From the NCBI GenBank assembly GCA_037142195.1, contig JBAXBA010000077.1, forward strand, positions 1 to 17,571: a stretch of DNA of 17,571 nt. The letters run 5' to 3'. Shown here one piece after another: positions 7,579-16,814 of the stretch. Origin of the DNA: Pseudomonadota bacterium (GTDB lineage: Bacteria; Bdellovibrionota_B; Oligoflexia; Oligoflexales; CAIMVM01). The position numbers were made by a program, and so were the translations under genes. The notes under the pieces are model-generated. The model was not told where the DNA came from. It made no database searches and saw only the letters and a list, made by a program, of their open reading frames with translations. Each line of letters opens with the position of its first letter. Position 1 is the stretch's first letter.

Positions 7579-7892
7579 GCATTTCCCGATCTCAATTCTG
7601 AAATTTCATGAAATTTCCTATCAGAATTGGGATAATTGAATGGGTCGAAGAATTCCAATAAGACTTCATATCCTGTGGGCGCTGATTCCAAGCCAAAAAT
7701 CCTAGCGGCTACTTCAAGACTCAGCTTGGTTTCACCCAATACAATACGGCCTATAGTGACGGCATTCCTACTTTTCTTTATACCTGGGGAAGTTATATAA
7801 AATCTAAGTGCCACCATGGATTTCTCCAAAAAAAGGGAAATCATGGTTAAAAAAAAGGAGCGAATTAACTGAGTAAAGCTAATTTCGCTCAA
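7575..7892 (-). CDS. Hypothetical protein, possibly an Xre/HigA-like HTH remnant
   Basis: The segment VTIGRIVLGETKLSLEVAARIFG resembles the HigA/Xre TISRIxxGxxxISxExAxRL pattern. ATGA overlap with the ATPase fragment. TTG start and N-terminus are doubtful. Confidence 0.3.
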   Translation of the reverse strand: MSEISFTQLIRSFFLTMISLFLEKSMVALRFYITSPGIKKSRNAVTIGRIVLGETKLSLEVAARIFGLESAPTGYEVLLEFFDPFNYPNSDRKFHEISELRSGNA

Positions 7893-7918
7893 TCCTTAAC
7901 GTCGAAGTATGCTAAGCA

Positions 7919-8350
7919 TTAGGCGGCTATTTTTTGACAAGCTTTAATACACTCATCGCAGGCCTTGGAACAATCAGAGCATATTGTATGGTGCTTTGCA
8001 TGCTTTTCGCATTGTTTTTTACACTCTTCGCAGGCCTGTGAGCAACTAGCCACCATCTTTGCTAGAAGTGGTGACTTGTGTGCCGCGAGTTCACTGGCAG
8101 CCCTTACCATAGTAAGCATGTCTTGGATGGCCAACATGCATTCCGCCATGGATTTATCTCCCTGAACTAAGGTTTCTGTGCATAGACGCTCACATTTTAG
8201 TCCCGTCTCAAGACACTTCATCGATGTAGAGATTAAATTTTCAACGGGTGTGGCAGGTGCAGAAAATGCTGTAGCACATCCTAAGGAAAAAATACCTGAG
8301 GAAGCAACGGCCAACGTTCCTGCATTTATGAGAACTTCACGGCGATCCAT
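7919..8350 (-). CDS. Tat-exported four-helix-bundle copper storage protein (Csp1/Csp2-like, DUF326)
   Basis: Twin-arginine MDRREVL signal. Thirteen Cys in the mature domain, mostly in CxxxC/CxxC spacing, and KHAKHHxxC motif. GGAG RBS. Confidence 0.88.
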   Translation of the reverse strand: MDRREVLINAGTLAVASSGIFSLGCATAFSAPATPVENLISTSMKCLETGLKCERLCTETLVQGDKSMAECMLAIQDMLTMVRAASELAAHKSPLLAKMVASCSQACEECKKQCEKHAKHHTICSDCSKACDECIKACQKIAA

Positions 8351-8588
8351 AACAAGCTCCTATCAATTATTTGAGTCAAGTATACATGCTAATAACTGGC
8401 GGCAACTAAATCAAGCTTCTTGGCCTAGCAGATACTCATTTAATTGTCCAAAAAGTCATTTGATGGGAATTTCGATTTTTCAATGAGGCTCTCATGGGTT
8501 TAATTCGCGGTAGTTGCTTTTGAGTGAGCTACTTATTTTCTCGACTGGCTTTAGGTCGATTTTTTTGTAGTAGGGGGCAAGCTGCATT

Positions 8589-9008
8589 TTACTTACAGCG
8601 AAAATACATCGTGTAGCGATAGGCGCTTCCTAAAGCAGCGTCTGTAATACCTCCTCCAAGTCCAACGATGCCTCCCACTTCAGATTGTTTTTTGCCACCG
8701 AATAGGTACCCAGCAGTGCCGACCATTCCCGTCACTTTTGCAGCTGTTTTAGCGTTTTTGTAGGTCTTTTCATCCATCGAACCTTTGTATTTGTTCTCTT
8801 CTTTGGATATATAAGCTCTTTTTTTGTGGACATCGTCACAATAGCTGTCTGCTTGCGACTTTGCATTTCTATACCCGTCTTCGCTCGATTCAGTCATAAA
8901 AGAAACACTATGATTTCCGGTGTCAGAAGGGCGAACGTCGGGGTAGTGGGCGCAATGAGTGAGCAAAAGGATAAATGGCAGACATGCAACTAAGTTGGTG
9001 ATGTTCAT
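8589..9008 (-). CDS. Small lipoprotein with C-terminal glycine zipper
   Basis: GGAGA RBS before ATG 9008; signal MNITNLVACLPFILLLTH-C; VGGIVGLGGGITDAALG glycine zipper; a decayed paralog at ~3910-4185 supports real coding. Confidence 0.82.
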   Translation of the reverse strand: MNITNLVACLPFILLLTHCAHYPDVRPSDTGNHSVSFMTESSEDGYRNAKSQADSYCDDVHKKRAYISKEENKYKGSMDEKTYKNAKTAAKVTGMVGTAGYLFGGKKQSEVGGIVGLGGGITDAALGSAYRYTMYFRCK

Positions 9009-9403
9009 AAAGTCTCCAAATGACCACAAATAGAAATATAGGTTCTTATTATTTTACATCTGATTGTCGATGATTTTAAGTCTCACACTTGTCTTTTTAA
9101 GAAAACAAATTCAGAGTATTGCCAGAACGAATCTTCGGCAAACTCCTTATGCGAACATCTTGCCTAGTGTCCTTCGTGAATTTTAAACCGCGGCGGTGTT
9201 CTATCATGGAAGTTTGCGGCACAGAGAATCCAAATCACCGACTAAGTTTAGAAATTGGGGTGAGGTGTCACAACTGTGAAAAGCCTCATTTATAGGAGTT
9301 CACGAGTTGTTTGAGGTGTTTCATGGAACAAAGATTTCCATAGGAGCATGGCTCACCGGAGGAAGGGAGATGTTATCTTCTGTATTCTGGAGAATCACTG
9401 GAA

Positions 9404-10357
9404 TCAATCCCTTGAAGAGTCTGGCTTGCCGTGAACTTGAGTTTTATAGCTTTCTATGGTTTGAACGATTCCGTAGCTGCCTCCCACAAAAGCTAAGATG
9501 GCAAAGCCCGTAGCTACGCCAACTCCTCCGCCAATAGCGGGATTAAGAGTGGCAACAGTGACAATGACCGCAGCCGCTATGCCTATAAGCATTGAAGAAA
9601 TAATAAGAGAGTTGGGAACAATCTTTTGAAATGCTGCGCGAAAATTTTCGGTTTCAGCTTTGACGTTGACTTCGGCATCCGAAGCAGCAATCCCCGAAGC
9701 AGCAATCTGGGGTAGGGCATTGAAATCTAAGGATGCGCCATTAAAAACGGCAAGAGACGCGCTCGCCGCAGACGGAGTTGTCAAATTAAGGGACGAATCT
9801 TTTCTCTCGGGTGGCCAAGTTAGTCGAGTCCATTGAGACAAGGTTTTCAATCCAGGTATCTTATTGTAGTCAATCAAAAAGTCTAGTTTCCCTTTCGCCG
9901 CTGCATTTAGAATCTGTCCTAATGCCCGTGACATTTCAGCATTACGCTTTTTAACCGCAGGGGCTACTTGGTTGGCCTCGATTTGATAGATTTTGCTATA
10001 CAGCGGAAGTTCTAGGTTCACAAAAAAGGAAAGAAAGTGGCTGTACATATCGGTGACCAATTGAATTTTTTCTTCAGTAGATTTCTGACCCAGGTCGGAA
10101 ATTTGATTGGCGGCAAGATCAATTTGAGACTGAATCGTCGCATAATTTTTTTCTAGAACTTGGCTCATACCCATCTTTAAGGGAGACTCTTCCAAGTTAG
10201 CAAGAAGCGAGTAGAACGCGTTTTTGCGGTCTATTCTTGCTGCTTGAGTCTCTGATGTTTCATCGATTCTGTTTCTAGAGGCACAGGATGAAGACAGTGT
10301 CAGACATACGACTGCTAAGGAAATGTTTCTTGTAAAAGATATGATAATATGGATCAT
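9404..10357 (-). CDS. Hypothetical lipoprotein with a C-terminal hydrophobic helical hairpin
   Basis: 317-aa ORF with signal ending LSSSC. C-terminal LIISSMLIGIAAAVIVTVATLNPAIGGGVGVATGFAILAFVGGSYG has two TM-like helices. Confidence 0.78.
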   Translation of the reverse strand: MIHIIISFTRNISLAVVCLTLSSSCASRNRIDETSETQAARIDRKNAFYSLLANLEESPLKMGMSQVLEKNYATIQSQIDLAANQISDLGQKSTEEKIQLVTDMYSHFLSFFVNLELPLYSKIYQIEANQVAPAVKKRNAEMSRALGQILNAAAKGKLDFLIDYNKIPGLKTLSQWTRLTWPPERKDSSLNLTTPSAASASLAVFNGASLDFNALPQIAASGIAASDAEVNVKAETENFRAAFQKIVPNSLIISSMLIGIAAAVIVTVATLNPAIGGGVGVATGFAILAFVGGSYGIVQTIESYKTQVHGKPDSSRD

Positions 10358-10407
10358 AGGGCCTCTTCAGATCTAGGGAGATACAGTCATTATATGAGAT
10401 CGCTATC

Positions 10408-10642
10408 GGAATGGACATGATTCTTTTAGGCACTATATGCCCAAACTCCATTTTAAAGGCCTCTTCGGGAGCGATCTAGGATTCAAACAGAGACAAGACG
10501 CATAGTGGCTGCCATATTCAGCGGTATTCCTAAAATGAGAGTCTTGTTCTGTGAAGCTACGGGGAGAAAATTTGCCTCTTCGTGGTGATGCTCGGGCGCT
10601 TTTAGGCTGAAAGAAGACAAACAAATAGGCCATGTCCATTCC
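10408..10642. repeat. 235-bp intergenic element bounded by a perfect 12-bp inverted repeat (REPIN/MITE-like or structured RNA)
   Basis: GGAATGGACATG (10408-10419) and CATGTCCATTCC (10631-10642), plus an internal IR ACAGAGACAAGAC / GTCTTGTTCTGT. Confidence 0.5.
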
Positions 10643-10882
10643 CTAAAGGTGTTTTAAGAGACTTATTTTTCTAGTGACGAGGATGGAATTGTTGCATAAT
10701 CAACTTACTGCTCGAAAAATGTCGGGCAGACAGTTTTCATTTTATTTGTGATATGGGATGCTAATAAGGATAGAACAGACTGCAAGGTTAAGGAGTTATT
10801 CTTACCGAGTTGAATGGTATTAAAGAGACTTCGCCCCCCCCCTTAGATGAGAACACCTTAACGAGTTTTAATAGGATCAAAA

Positions 10883-11950
10883 ATGAGCTCTTTTATTATA
10901 GATTCTGGCAATTTCACACCTCAACAACGTACGCCTTGGGCTGGCAAACAGATTTGGGAAACTTTGAAGCAGCACCTCCCCGGTATAGTGTCCCAAACGG
11001 ATATAGGTGAAGCCTGGGAGTTTAGTTTTGATGGGTCTTTTCCCTCGCGTGTAAAAGGAACTCATCAGATTCTTTCGGAAGCTTTGACTCCGGTGGCGAA
11101 GTCTCTATTGGGCCAAGATGAATTCGAAAGGGTGGGCTGTTTTTCTGAAATTTTACTTAAGGTGATTCATGCCGCACGACCATTGTCCCTGCAAGTGCAC
11201 CCCGATGACAACTACCAAGGATTGAATGAAAACGAGTGTGGAAAGCCCGAATCTTGGCTTGTCCTTGACGCTAAAGAAGGGGCTGGAGTTTACTTAGGTT
11301 TTTCTAAGGAAATTTCCAGGGAACAATTGCGAAATCGTCTGGAGCAAGGTCAAAGCATTGAGGAATTTCTTAATTTCGTCCCGGTTAGAAAAGGCGACTA
11401 TTTTGATATCGGCCCAGGGGTTGTTCATGCTTTAGGAAGCGATGTCTTAGTTTTAGAGCCCCAACGAATCCGCTCCGGAAAATCTGGTAAAACCTATAGA
11501 TTGTTTGATTGGGGGCTTCGCTACAATCCCCAAGGCTTGCCTGATGCTAACGGGGCGCCTCGCGAGCTTCATATAAATCAGGCAATAGATCAGTTTGATC
11601 CTAGAGAGCAGTGGGGTAGTTCCTTTGTTAAGTCTGTTAAAAAGAGCTCCGTAAATACTCTTTTAGCCTCGGGGATGGAATTAGCGGAATATCCTAAAAC
11701 AGACGACTATCAGCTATTTTGTCTTAGTTCAGAAGGTGGCAGAGTGCAATCGATTGATCGAAAAGCTGGGTATCTGATCGCTTATGTCACGGATGGGAGC
11801 CTGCAAGTGACAGATAGATCCGGATCGATTTTTCGCCTGCTCAGAGGGGAAACCCTTCTTGTGGGGGAAGACTCTTTTCCTTCGAAATTTCACTTAAACG
11901 GAAATGTATGTCTTTTATGGAGTCGGGGATCGAGTCCTAACTTTTTGTAA
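10883..11950 (+). CDS. manA: Class I mannose-6-phosphate isomerase (phosphomannose isomerase, cupin)
   Basis: Motifs PWAG, GEAWE, LLKVIHAARPLSLQVHPDD (Zn-binding QxH), GKPESW, GVVHALG, LEPQ, TYRLFDW and RELH. Confidence 0.88.
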   Translation: MSSFIIDSGNFTPQQRTPWAGKQIWETLKQHLPGIVSQTDIGEAWEFSFDGSFPSRVKGTHQILSEALTPVAKSLLGQDEFERVGCFSEILLKVIHAARPLSLQVHPDDNYQGLNENECGKPESWLVLDAKEGAGVYLGFSKEISREQLRNRLEQGQSIEEFLNFVPVRKGDYFDIGPGVVHALGSDVLVLEPQRIRSGKSGKTYRLFDWGLRYNPQGLPDANGAPRELHINQAIDQFDPREQWGSSFVKSVKKSSVNTLLASGMELAEYPKTDDYQLFCLSSEGGRVQSIDRKAGYLIAYVTDGSLQVTDRSGSIFRLLRGETLLVGEDSFPSKFHLNGNVCLLWSRGSSPNFL

Positions 11951-12049
11951 GAGGACATGAGTTCTACTTGATCTTACCTCGTTGGAAGCATCGTCTCTAT
12001 TTTTTTCAATGCTATTGCAGAAGATCTCAAAACCTACATAAGTAGACTT

Positions 12050-12067
12050 CGGACCTTTCTGCAAGGT
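12050..12067. terminator. Short hairpin between the convergent manA and oxidoreductase genes
   Basis: GACCTT-TCTGC-AAGGTC inverted repeat immediately 3' of the 12070..13650 stop codon. Confidence 0.3.
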
Positions 12068-12069
12068 CT

Positions 12070-13650
12070 CTAGTATCCTGTCCAATCGGAAGGGGTCCGC
12101 TTCGCGGAATAGGCTCTGAAGTTCACTATGTCACGGAGTACGTCTCTAGTGTCATCTAAGTTTTTCTTGATCATATACGAAGCAGCCATACCCGAAGCAG
12201 TTCCGGAAGCCATTTCGCCAGCATGGACGCGAGAGGACGAATTTACCATAAAGGTTTGGGCCATCGTTTTTCCAGCAACTAAGAGGTTCTTTACATCTCT
12301 ATTGGTCAGTGATCTAAAGGGAATATAGTAGGGCGGCGGCAGTTGGTTTTCATTGGAGTAACATGATTTGCCTTTTAATGGATGAATGTCCATAGCGTAG
12401 GTGTGGATGGCTACGCGATCCAAAAACTTTGTGCCTCGAGTCTTTGAACCTAGGATATCTTTTACGGTTAATCTGAAATTATCAAGGCCTATACTGCGCC
12501 GCGTGTCGCGGACATAGGGAAACTTTGAAAGTCCATTGAGGGTGCCCATGGCATCTAGATCCAAGGAAATCGATTTTTGCCGGTCTAATGGTGCTTTGGC
12601 TTTGTACCATTGGTACCAGCCTAAGGCATGACGCTCAGCGGCCTTGATGGTTTCGACGTTATACCCACCCCGCCAATCTGCTCTGGATTCGTTGGTCTCT
12701 CGTTGACTGACCCACAAATAGCCGTAGGGATAATCATTTCCCGGGTTCCAATTTTGGAGCGACTTTTGTCCTGGCAAAAATACGTCTCCAGAGCCCTTGA
12801 GGCGACGATACGTCCAAATTTTATCCCAAGTAAAGCGGCCTAAAGAATAAAATTCCGGGTGTTCTGGAGTCACGACAGGTTCGCTAGCGGACGCTTTTCC
12901 GTCCATGACAAAGGGGAAGACCGTTGCCTGACCACAAGTAGAGTCTGCAGATTCGACGCCTTCTTCTCCGCCCTGTGTATAGGCCTCCGAACTTAAGGCA
13001 AGAAGGTCCCCATTTTCAGAGGCATCTATAAATATTTTAGGGGCATCTGCGCCACTTAAAACAATCTCTTTTTTAGGGCTGAGCTCGGTAGAAAGATCAT
13101 ACCAATCTCCAATGGTTTCTGAGAGTGTTGGCGTCTTTTGAGTTAAAGAATTGAGGCGTTGAATGAGTTTGACTCCGACAATTCTAGCTCCCTCTTTTTC
13201 AAGGGATTTTACGACAGTATTGTAGAAAACAGTGAGCTTCGGTTCTTTTGCGATGGCTGGATTAATTTTTGTATTGAGAAATGTTTTAGGTTCAAAACAG
13301 TGGTAGGAAACCCAACAACCGCCGGGATTTCCAAGGTCTTTGGTCCAGGATCTGAGGTTTTCTTCCATGTTTTCAGGTGTTCTTGTAAGAAGCGACATCG
13401 AGACGTCACCAATTTTGTGCCAGGCAAAATCGAGAGCAGGAACTCCAGAGGCGGTTATCTGGCCCCCAGCCCAATTGGTGGGTTCCACCAAACATGTGGC
13501 CACACCCTCACGTGCAGAAGAGAGGGCAGCAGTCAGCGCAGAAAGACTTCCCCCTGAAATAAGGACATCGCATGGAGCGGCCAGCGCTTTGCCGCAAATT
13601 AAAGTCAAACCAAGCTGCACAAGTTTTCTAGTGTAATAGTGATTACTCAA
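12070..13650 (-). CDS. FAD-dependent oxidoreductase (FAD_oxidored/PF12831-like) with predicted N-terminal signal peptide
   Basis: DVLISGGSLSALTAALSSAREG Rossmann start, EPTNWAGGQITASG, IFIDASENGDLL, PYVRDTRR, PYYIPFRSL, NLLVAGK and SSRVH. GGAG RBS before TTG; signal ending ALA. Confidence 0.85.
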   Translation of the reverse strand: MSNHYYTRKLVQLGLTLICGKALAAPCDVLISGGSLSALTAALSSAREGVATCLVEPTNWAGGQITASGVPALDFAWHKIGDVSMSLLTRTPENMEENLRSWTKDLGNPGGCWVSYHCFEPKTFLNTKINPAIAKEPKLTVFYNTVVKSLEKEGARIVGVKLIQRLNSLTQKTPTLSETIGDWYDLSTELSPKKEIVLSGADAPKIFIDASENGDLLALSSEAYTQGGEEGVESADSTCGQATVFPFVMDGKASASEPVVTPEHPEFYSLGRFTWDKIWTYRRLKGSGDVFLPGQKSLQNWNPGNDYPYGYLWVSQRETNESRADWRGGYNVETIKAAERHALGWYQWYKAKAPLDRQKSISLDLDAMGTLNGLSKFPYVRDTRRSIGLDNFRLTVKDILGSKTRGTKFLDRVAIHTYAMDIHPLKGKSCYSNENQLPPPYYIPFRSLTNRDVKNLLVAGKTMAQTFMVNSSSRVHAGEMASGTASGMAASYMIKKNLDDTRDVLRDIVNFRAYSAKRTPSDWTGY

Positions 13651-13967
13651 AAATTACTCCCATGGATTGGATGATGAGGAGTGCGTGCTCTTGCGTTCCC
13701 CTAAGGGCGGTCGACAAGAACAAGGAATTGTATACAAATTAAACAGCACTTGGTAGCGTTATTTTTCCCCCAATTCTTATGAAGGGTTACACGAAGTGCT
13801 GGGCTCGAAAAGCAAACTTGGGAATCTAAGCATGCAACCGGGCTTATTTGCGACATGACTCTTTTCACGGAACACGGTAAATGTGTGTCCTCAAGTCTCC
13901 AAGGGACTTATTGAGGATAGATTCGCTGTTAAGCCACTCTAGTGGCAGATTTATTGGGGAGGATGCA

Positions 13968-14495
13968 ATGGCAGTGGCCACGCTTGGTGCTGGTTGTTTT
14001 TGGTGTGTGGAGGCTTGTTACGCCAAGCTTTTGGGAGTTGATAAAGTGGTCTCTGGATATTCAGGTGGAGATGCTAGCCGCATTACCTATAAGGAAGTTT
14101 GCAAAGGTGACACAAAACATGCCGAAGTTTGCCAAATTCATTTTGATGAATCCATCATTTCCTTCGAAGAAATTCTAAAGGTATTTTTCTTTATTCATGA
14201 TCCAACCTCATTAAATCGTCAAGGCAATGATATAGGAACACAATATCGAAGCGTTATTTTCTTTCATGACGCATCTCAAAAAGAGAAAGCTCAAGCTGTC
14301 ATCAAAAAATTGGCTGACGAAAAGGTCTACACTCAAGATATGGTTACTGAGGTAAGTCCTTTCTCCAACTTTTTTCCGGCAGAAGACTATCATCAAGACT
14401 ATTTTGCTCAAAATGGCACAGAACCCTATTGTCAGTTAGTGGTAAAGCCAAAGTTTGATAAATTTGAAGAAGCTTTTCGCGCATCATTTAAATAA
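13968..14495 (+). CDS. msrA: Peptide-methionine (S)-S-oxide reductase
   Basis: GAGCFWCVE catalytic motif, SGYSGG, HDPTSLNRQGNDIGTQYRS and AEDYHQDY. GGAGG RBS before ATG 13968. Confidence 0.97.
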   Translation: MAVATLGAGCFWCVEACYAKLLGVDKVVSGYSGGDASRITYKEVCKGDTKHAEVCQIHFDESIISFEEILKVFFFIHDPTSLNRQGNDIGTQYRSVIFFHDASQKEKAQAVIKKLADEKVYTQDMVTEVSPFSNFFPAEDYHQDYFAQNGTEPYCQLVVKPKFDKFEEAFRASFK

Positions 14496-14667
14496 TTCGG
14501 CTGTCGTTCTAAGAGCTCATCAAAGGACGAGATGTCCCCACCTAGCTCCCTTTGAGTTGCAAGATAAGAGGTCTTCTAGACGAATACATTACCTCATGGA
14601 ACTCTCTGGATCGGGCTGCAACGACTTTGGTTACTAGGGGATCCCTAAATGAAATGAGATCCTTAAT

Positions 14668-14727
14668 TTTGCTTGGACTTTGCTTGGATTTTGCATGGAC
14701 TTTGCATGGACTTTGCATGGACTTTGC
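14668..14727. repeat. 11-bp tandem repeat (TTTGC[A/T]TGGA[C/T]), about 5.5 copies
   Basis: TTTGCTTGGAC TTTGCTTGGAT TTTGCATGGAC TTTGCATGGAC TTTGCATGGAC TTTGC, intergenic. Confidence 0.92.
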
Positions 14728-15004
14728 TAAGAGTTAGTGGAAGTATCCAATACTTGCCACATAGCTTAAAATATAAATTTGAGCATTTTGCTAAGATTTG
14801 GATTCTATCCCATGCTCCATGGGTGCTATGGGGTAGTATTTAAATTCCTCCAAAACCCCTAGAAGAAATTAATCGTTCTAGCGGCTTGACAGGGAAGGTG
14901 ATATTTTTTCTTCTTCTTTTTTTCTTCTTTAATCCTTCAATTTTTGCGTTTTTATGCCGAGGATAAATCTACAAATTTTAATTCATGGACTTGAAGGGAT
15001 AGAG

Positions 15005-16516
15005 ATGAGAAAAATTATGATTCCCGTTTTAGTTGGGTCTGCTTTAAGTGCAGGGTGCGGTAAGAAAGATAAAAAAAAAGTAGATGATACCGTTTCACAA
15101 TTGAACAATGCTCTGGCGATTGGCTATCCAGAAGGATTAAGCATCCCCTCCTTTCCACAGACAGTAGGAACTAATCTTAGATTAGCTGACGACGATAAAG
15201 GCCAAACCTTGGCCCAGAAAGTCGAAGATGCAAAAGCGATCCTAAACGGAAGCGCTGATGATTGCTTTGCAAATCTCACTAAACGTGGTTTGAAGGCTGA
15301 GCCAGTGGAGGGTCTAGAAAAATGCTATGAATTCGACCAAGAAATGATCTACGGCTATCGCGACAGTGTAGATAAGCTCTATGGGACCACCAACGGTTTA
15401 AGCAGGAAGACCGGATCCACTGAGGTTTGCATGGTTTCCTTTGCTAGAGATCAAATGAAAGTAATCGAGCGTCGCATTGATGAAGCATTGGACCGAGCGC
15501 AGGTTATGGCATGTCTAGCTAAAAAAGAAGGAAAAGAATTACCTTCAGCTGCCGGGCAGCAATTAGACATTACGGATTTGATGAATGCCAAAAAGCCTAA
15601 GTCAGACGCGAATGCCCCAACCTTTGAGTCCGTCGTATTGAAGCGACTTGATGATGTAGACTCAAGGCCCGTATTTGAGACAAATATTAAAGCAACCCGT
15701 AACGGTAAAGCGGAAGAATTGGTCATTTTACATAGCCCAGCTGCGACCGACAATAATGAGACCTATAATGGTGTGATTAGTATTAAGCGTCCTGAGTCAG
15801 ATAAAACTGGCGCACTTAGTATTGAATATGCAAGAAGCAGCACTGATGGTGTTAAGAGTATTAAGGCTTCAGTGAGACGAGGAAACTTTGCAAGTTCCTA
15901 CACGACCTTGTTTGATGAAAATGGCCGTGTGAATTATGCAGATCTCCCAGATAGCGCAGATAACAGCACCGTAAATGGCATGATGCAGGTTGAATTTGAT
16001 ATGAATCAATCGGATTCTACGGGCACTTTGAGCTACTGGAAGAATCCAGGTGCCGGTATCAATGAAGCTGCAAGAGGATTTGTCTTTAAAGTTGATAAAG
16101 ACGCTACTACGAGTCGTTTAAAAGGTTGCGCCATTAGTGGAGCTGTCGGAGGTACAAGCATTCGGAAGGCTTTAAAAGCTGGAACCGCTTTAAAACCAGA
16201 TGGCTGGTATCATCCTTTCTTTCAAGGATCTACAGCTAGTAGCGATACCGCATATGACTACACAGGAACAAACCCCACAGCATTTTGGAAAAAGCCATCT
16301 CTAGCTTCTTCTTCTCAGGCTGTAACCTTTGTTACCAATCAAACAGGCGGAATGGTAAGTCGTCAGTGTTTCTCCCAAGACGAGTCTGGTAACTATGCCA
16401 TTGACACAGGTTCTGGAATTGCAGGAACTGCTGGATACGAACTCATTCAGGTTACAGATTCTAAGTTTATTGCACCTCCACCACTTGATGGAGCTACGGG
16501 CAAGAAGTTGAAATAA
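15005..16516 (+). CDS. Large hypothetical lipoprotein (about 503 aa)
   Basis: MRKIMIPVLVGSALSAG-C lipobox from ATG 15005; long uninterrupted ORF followed by a terminator. Confidence 0.85.
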   Translation: MRKIMIPVLVGSALSAGCGKKDKKKVDDTVSQLNNALAIGYPEGLSIPSFPQTVGTNLRLADDDKGQTLAQKVEDAKAILNGSADDCFANLTKRGLKAEPVEGLEKCYEFDQEMIYGYRDSVDKLYGTTNGLSRKTGSTEVCMVSFARDQMKVIERRIDEALDRAQVMACLAKKEGKELPSAAGQQLDITDLMNAKKPKSDANAPTFESVVLKRLDDVDSRPVFETNIKATRNGKAEELVILHSPAATDNNETYNGVISIKRPESDKTGALSIEYARSSTDGVKSIKASVRRGNFASSYTTLFDENGRVNYADLPDSADNSTVNGMMQVEFDMNQSDSTGTLSYWKNPGAGINEAARGFVFKVDKDATTSRLKGCAISGAVGGTSIRKALKAGTALKPDGWYHPFFQGSTASSDTAYDYTGTNPTAFWKKPSLASSSQAVTFVTNQTGGMVSRQCFSQDESGNYAIDTGSGIAGTAGYELIQVTDSKFIAPPPLDGATGKKLK

Positions 16517-16565
16517 ATTTGAATCGGCGAAATTTACAAGATTTTGCATTCTAAGAATGTTTTTG

Positions 16566-16591
16566 AAGAGGCGTTGCGCGCCTCTTTTTTT
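16566..16591 (+). terminator. Rho-independent terminator
   Basis: AAGAGGCG-TTGCG-CGCCTCTT stem followed by a T-tract, 50 bp after the stop codon. Confidence 0.85.
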
Positions 16592-16814
16592 ATGACTTAT
16601 CTAAAAAATAGAAAATTAATGATTTTGCATCATAGGGGCTTTCTTTCATACCTTTCAAAAGGTTGGCGTTAATTCCTGAAGGTTCTTCATGAGCCAAGAG
16701 GGAAGAATCTGGACTTGCAGTAATGTCAGGCATGACTTAGCAGTTTGCCTCTTCTTTTCAAATCAATCTAATTGGGTTAAAGTACAAGTATTATAGATAT
16801 TGTAAAGGTGGCAT

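Noticed and set aside
10433..10639. 68-aa minus-strand ORF
   Set aside because: Lies entirely within the inverted-repeat element and has no protein-like features.
14503..14627. Possible structured RNA downstream of msrA (CAAAGG/CCTTTG and GTTGCA/TGCAAC stems)
   Set aside because: The stems are short and compete for the same bases, and I recognise no known motif; cannot be supported without folding or covariation analysis.
12128..14737. Short ORFs overlapping the oxidoreductase, msrA and the 11-bp VNTR
   Set aside because: Shadow ORFs; the LCLDFAWTLHGLCMDF text is just the VNTR translated.
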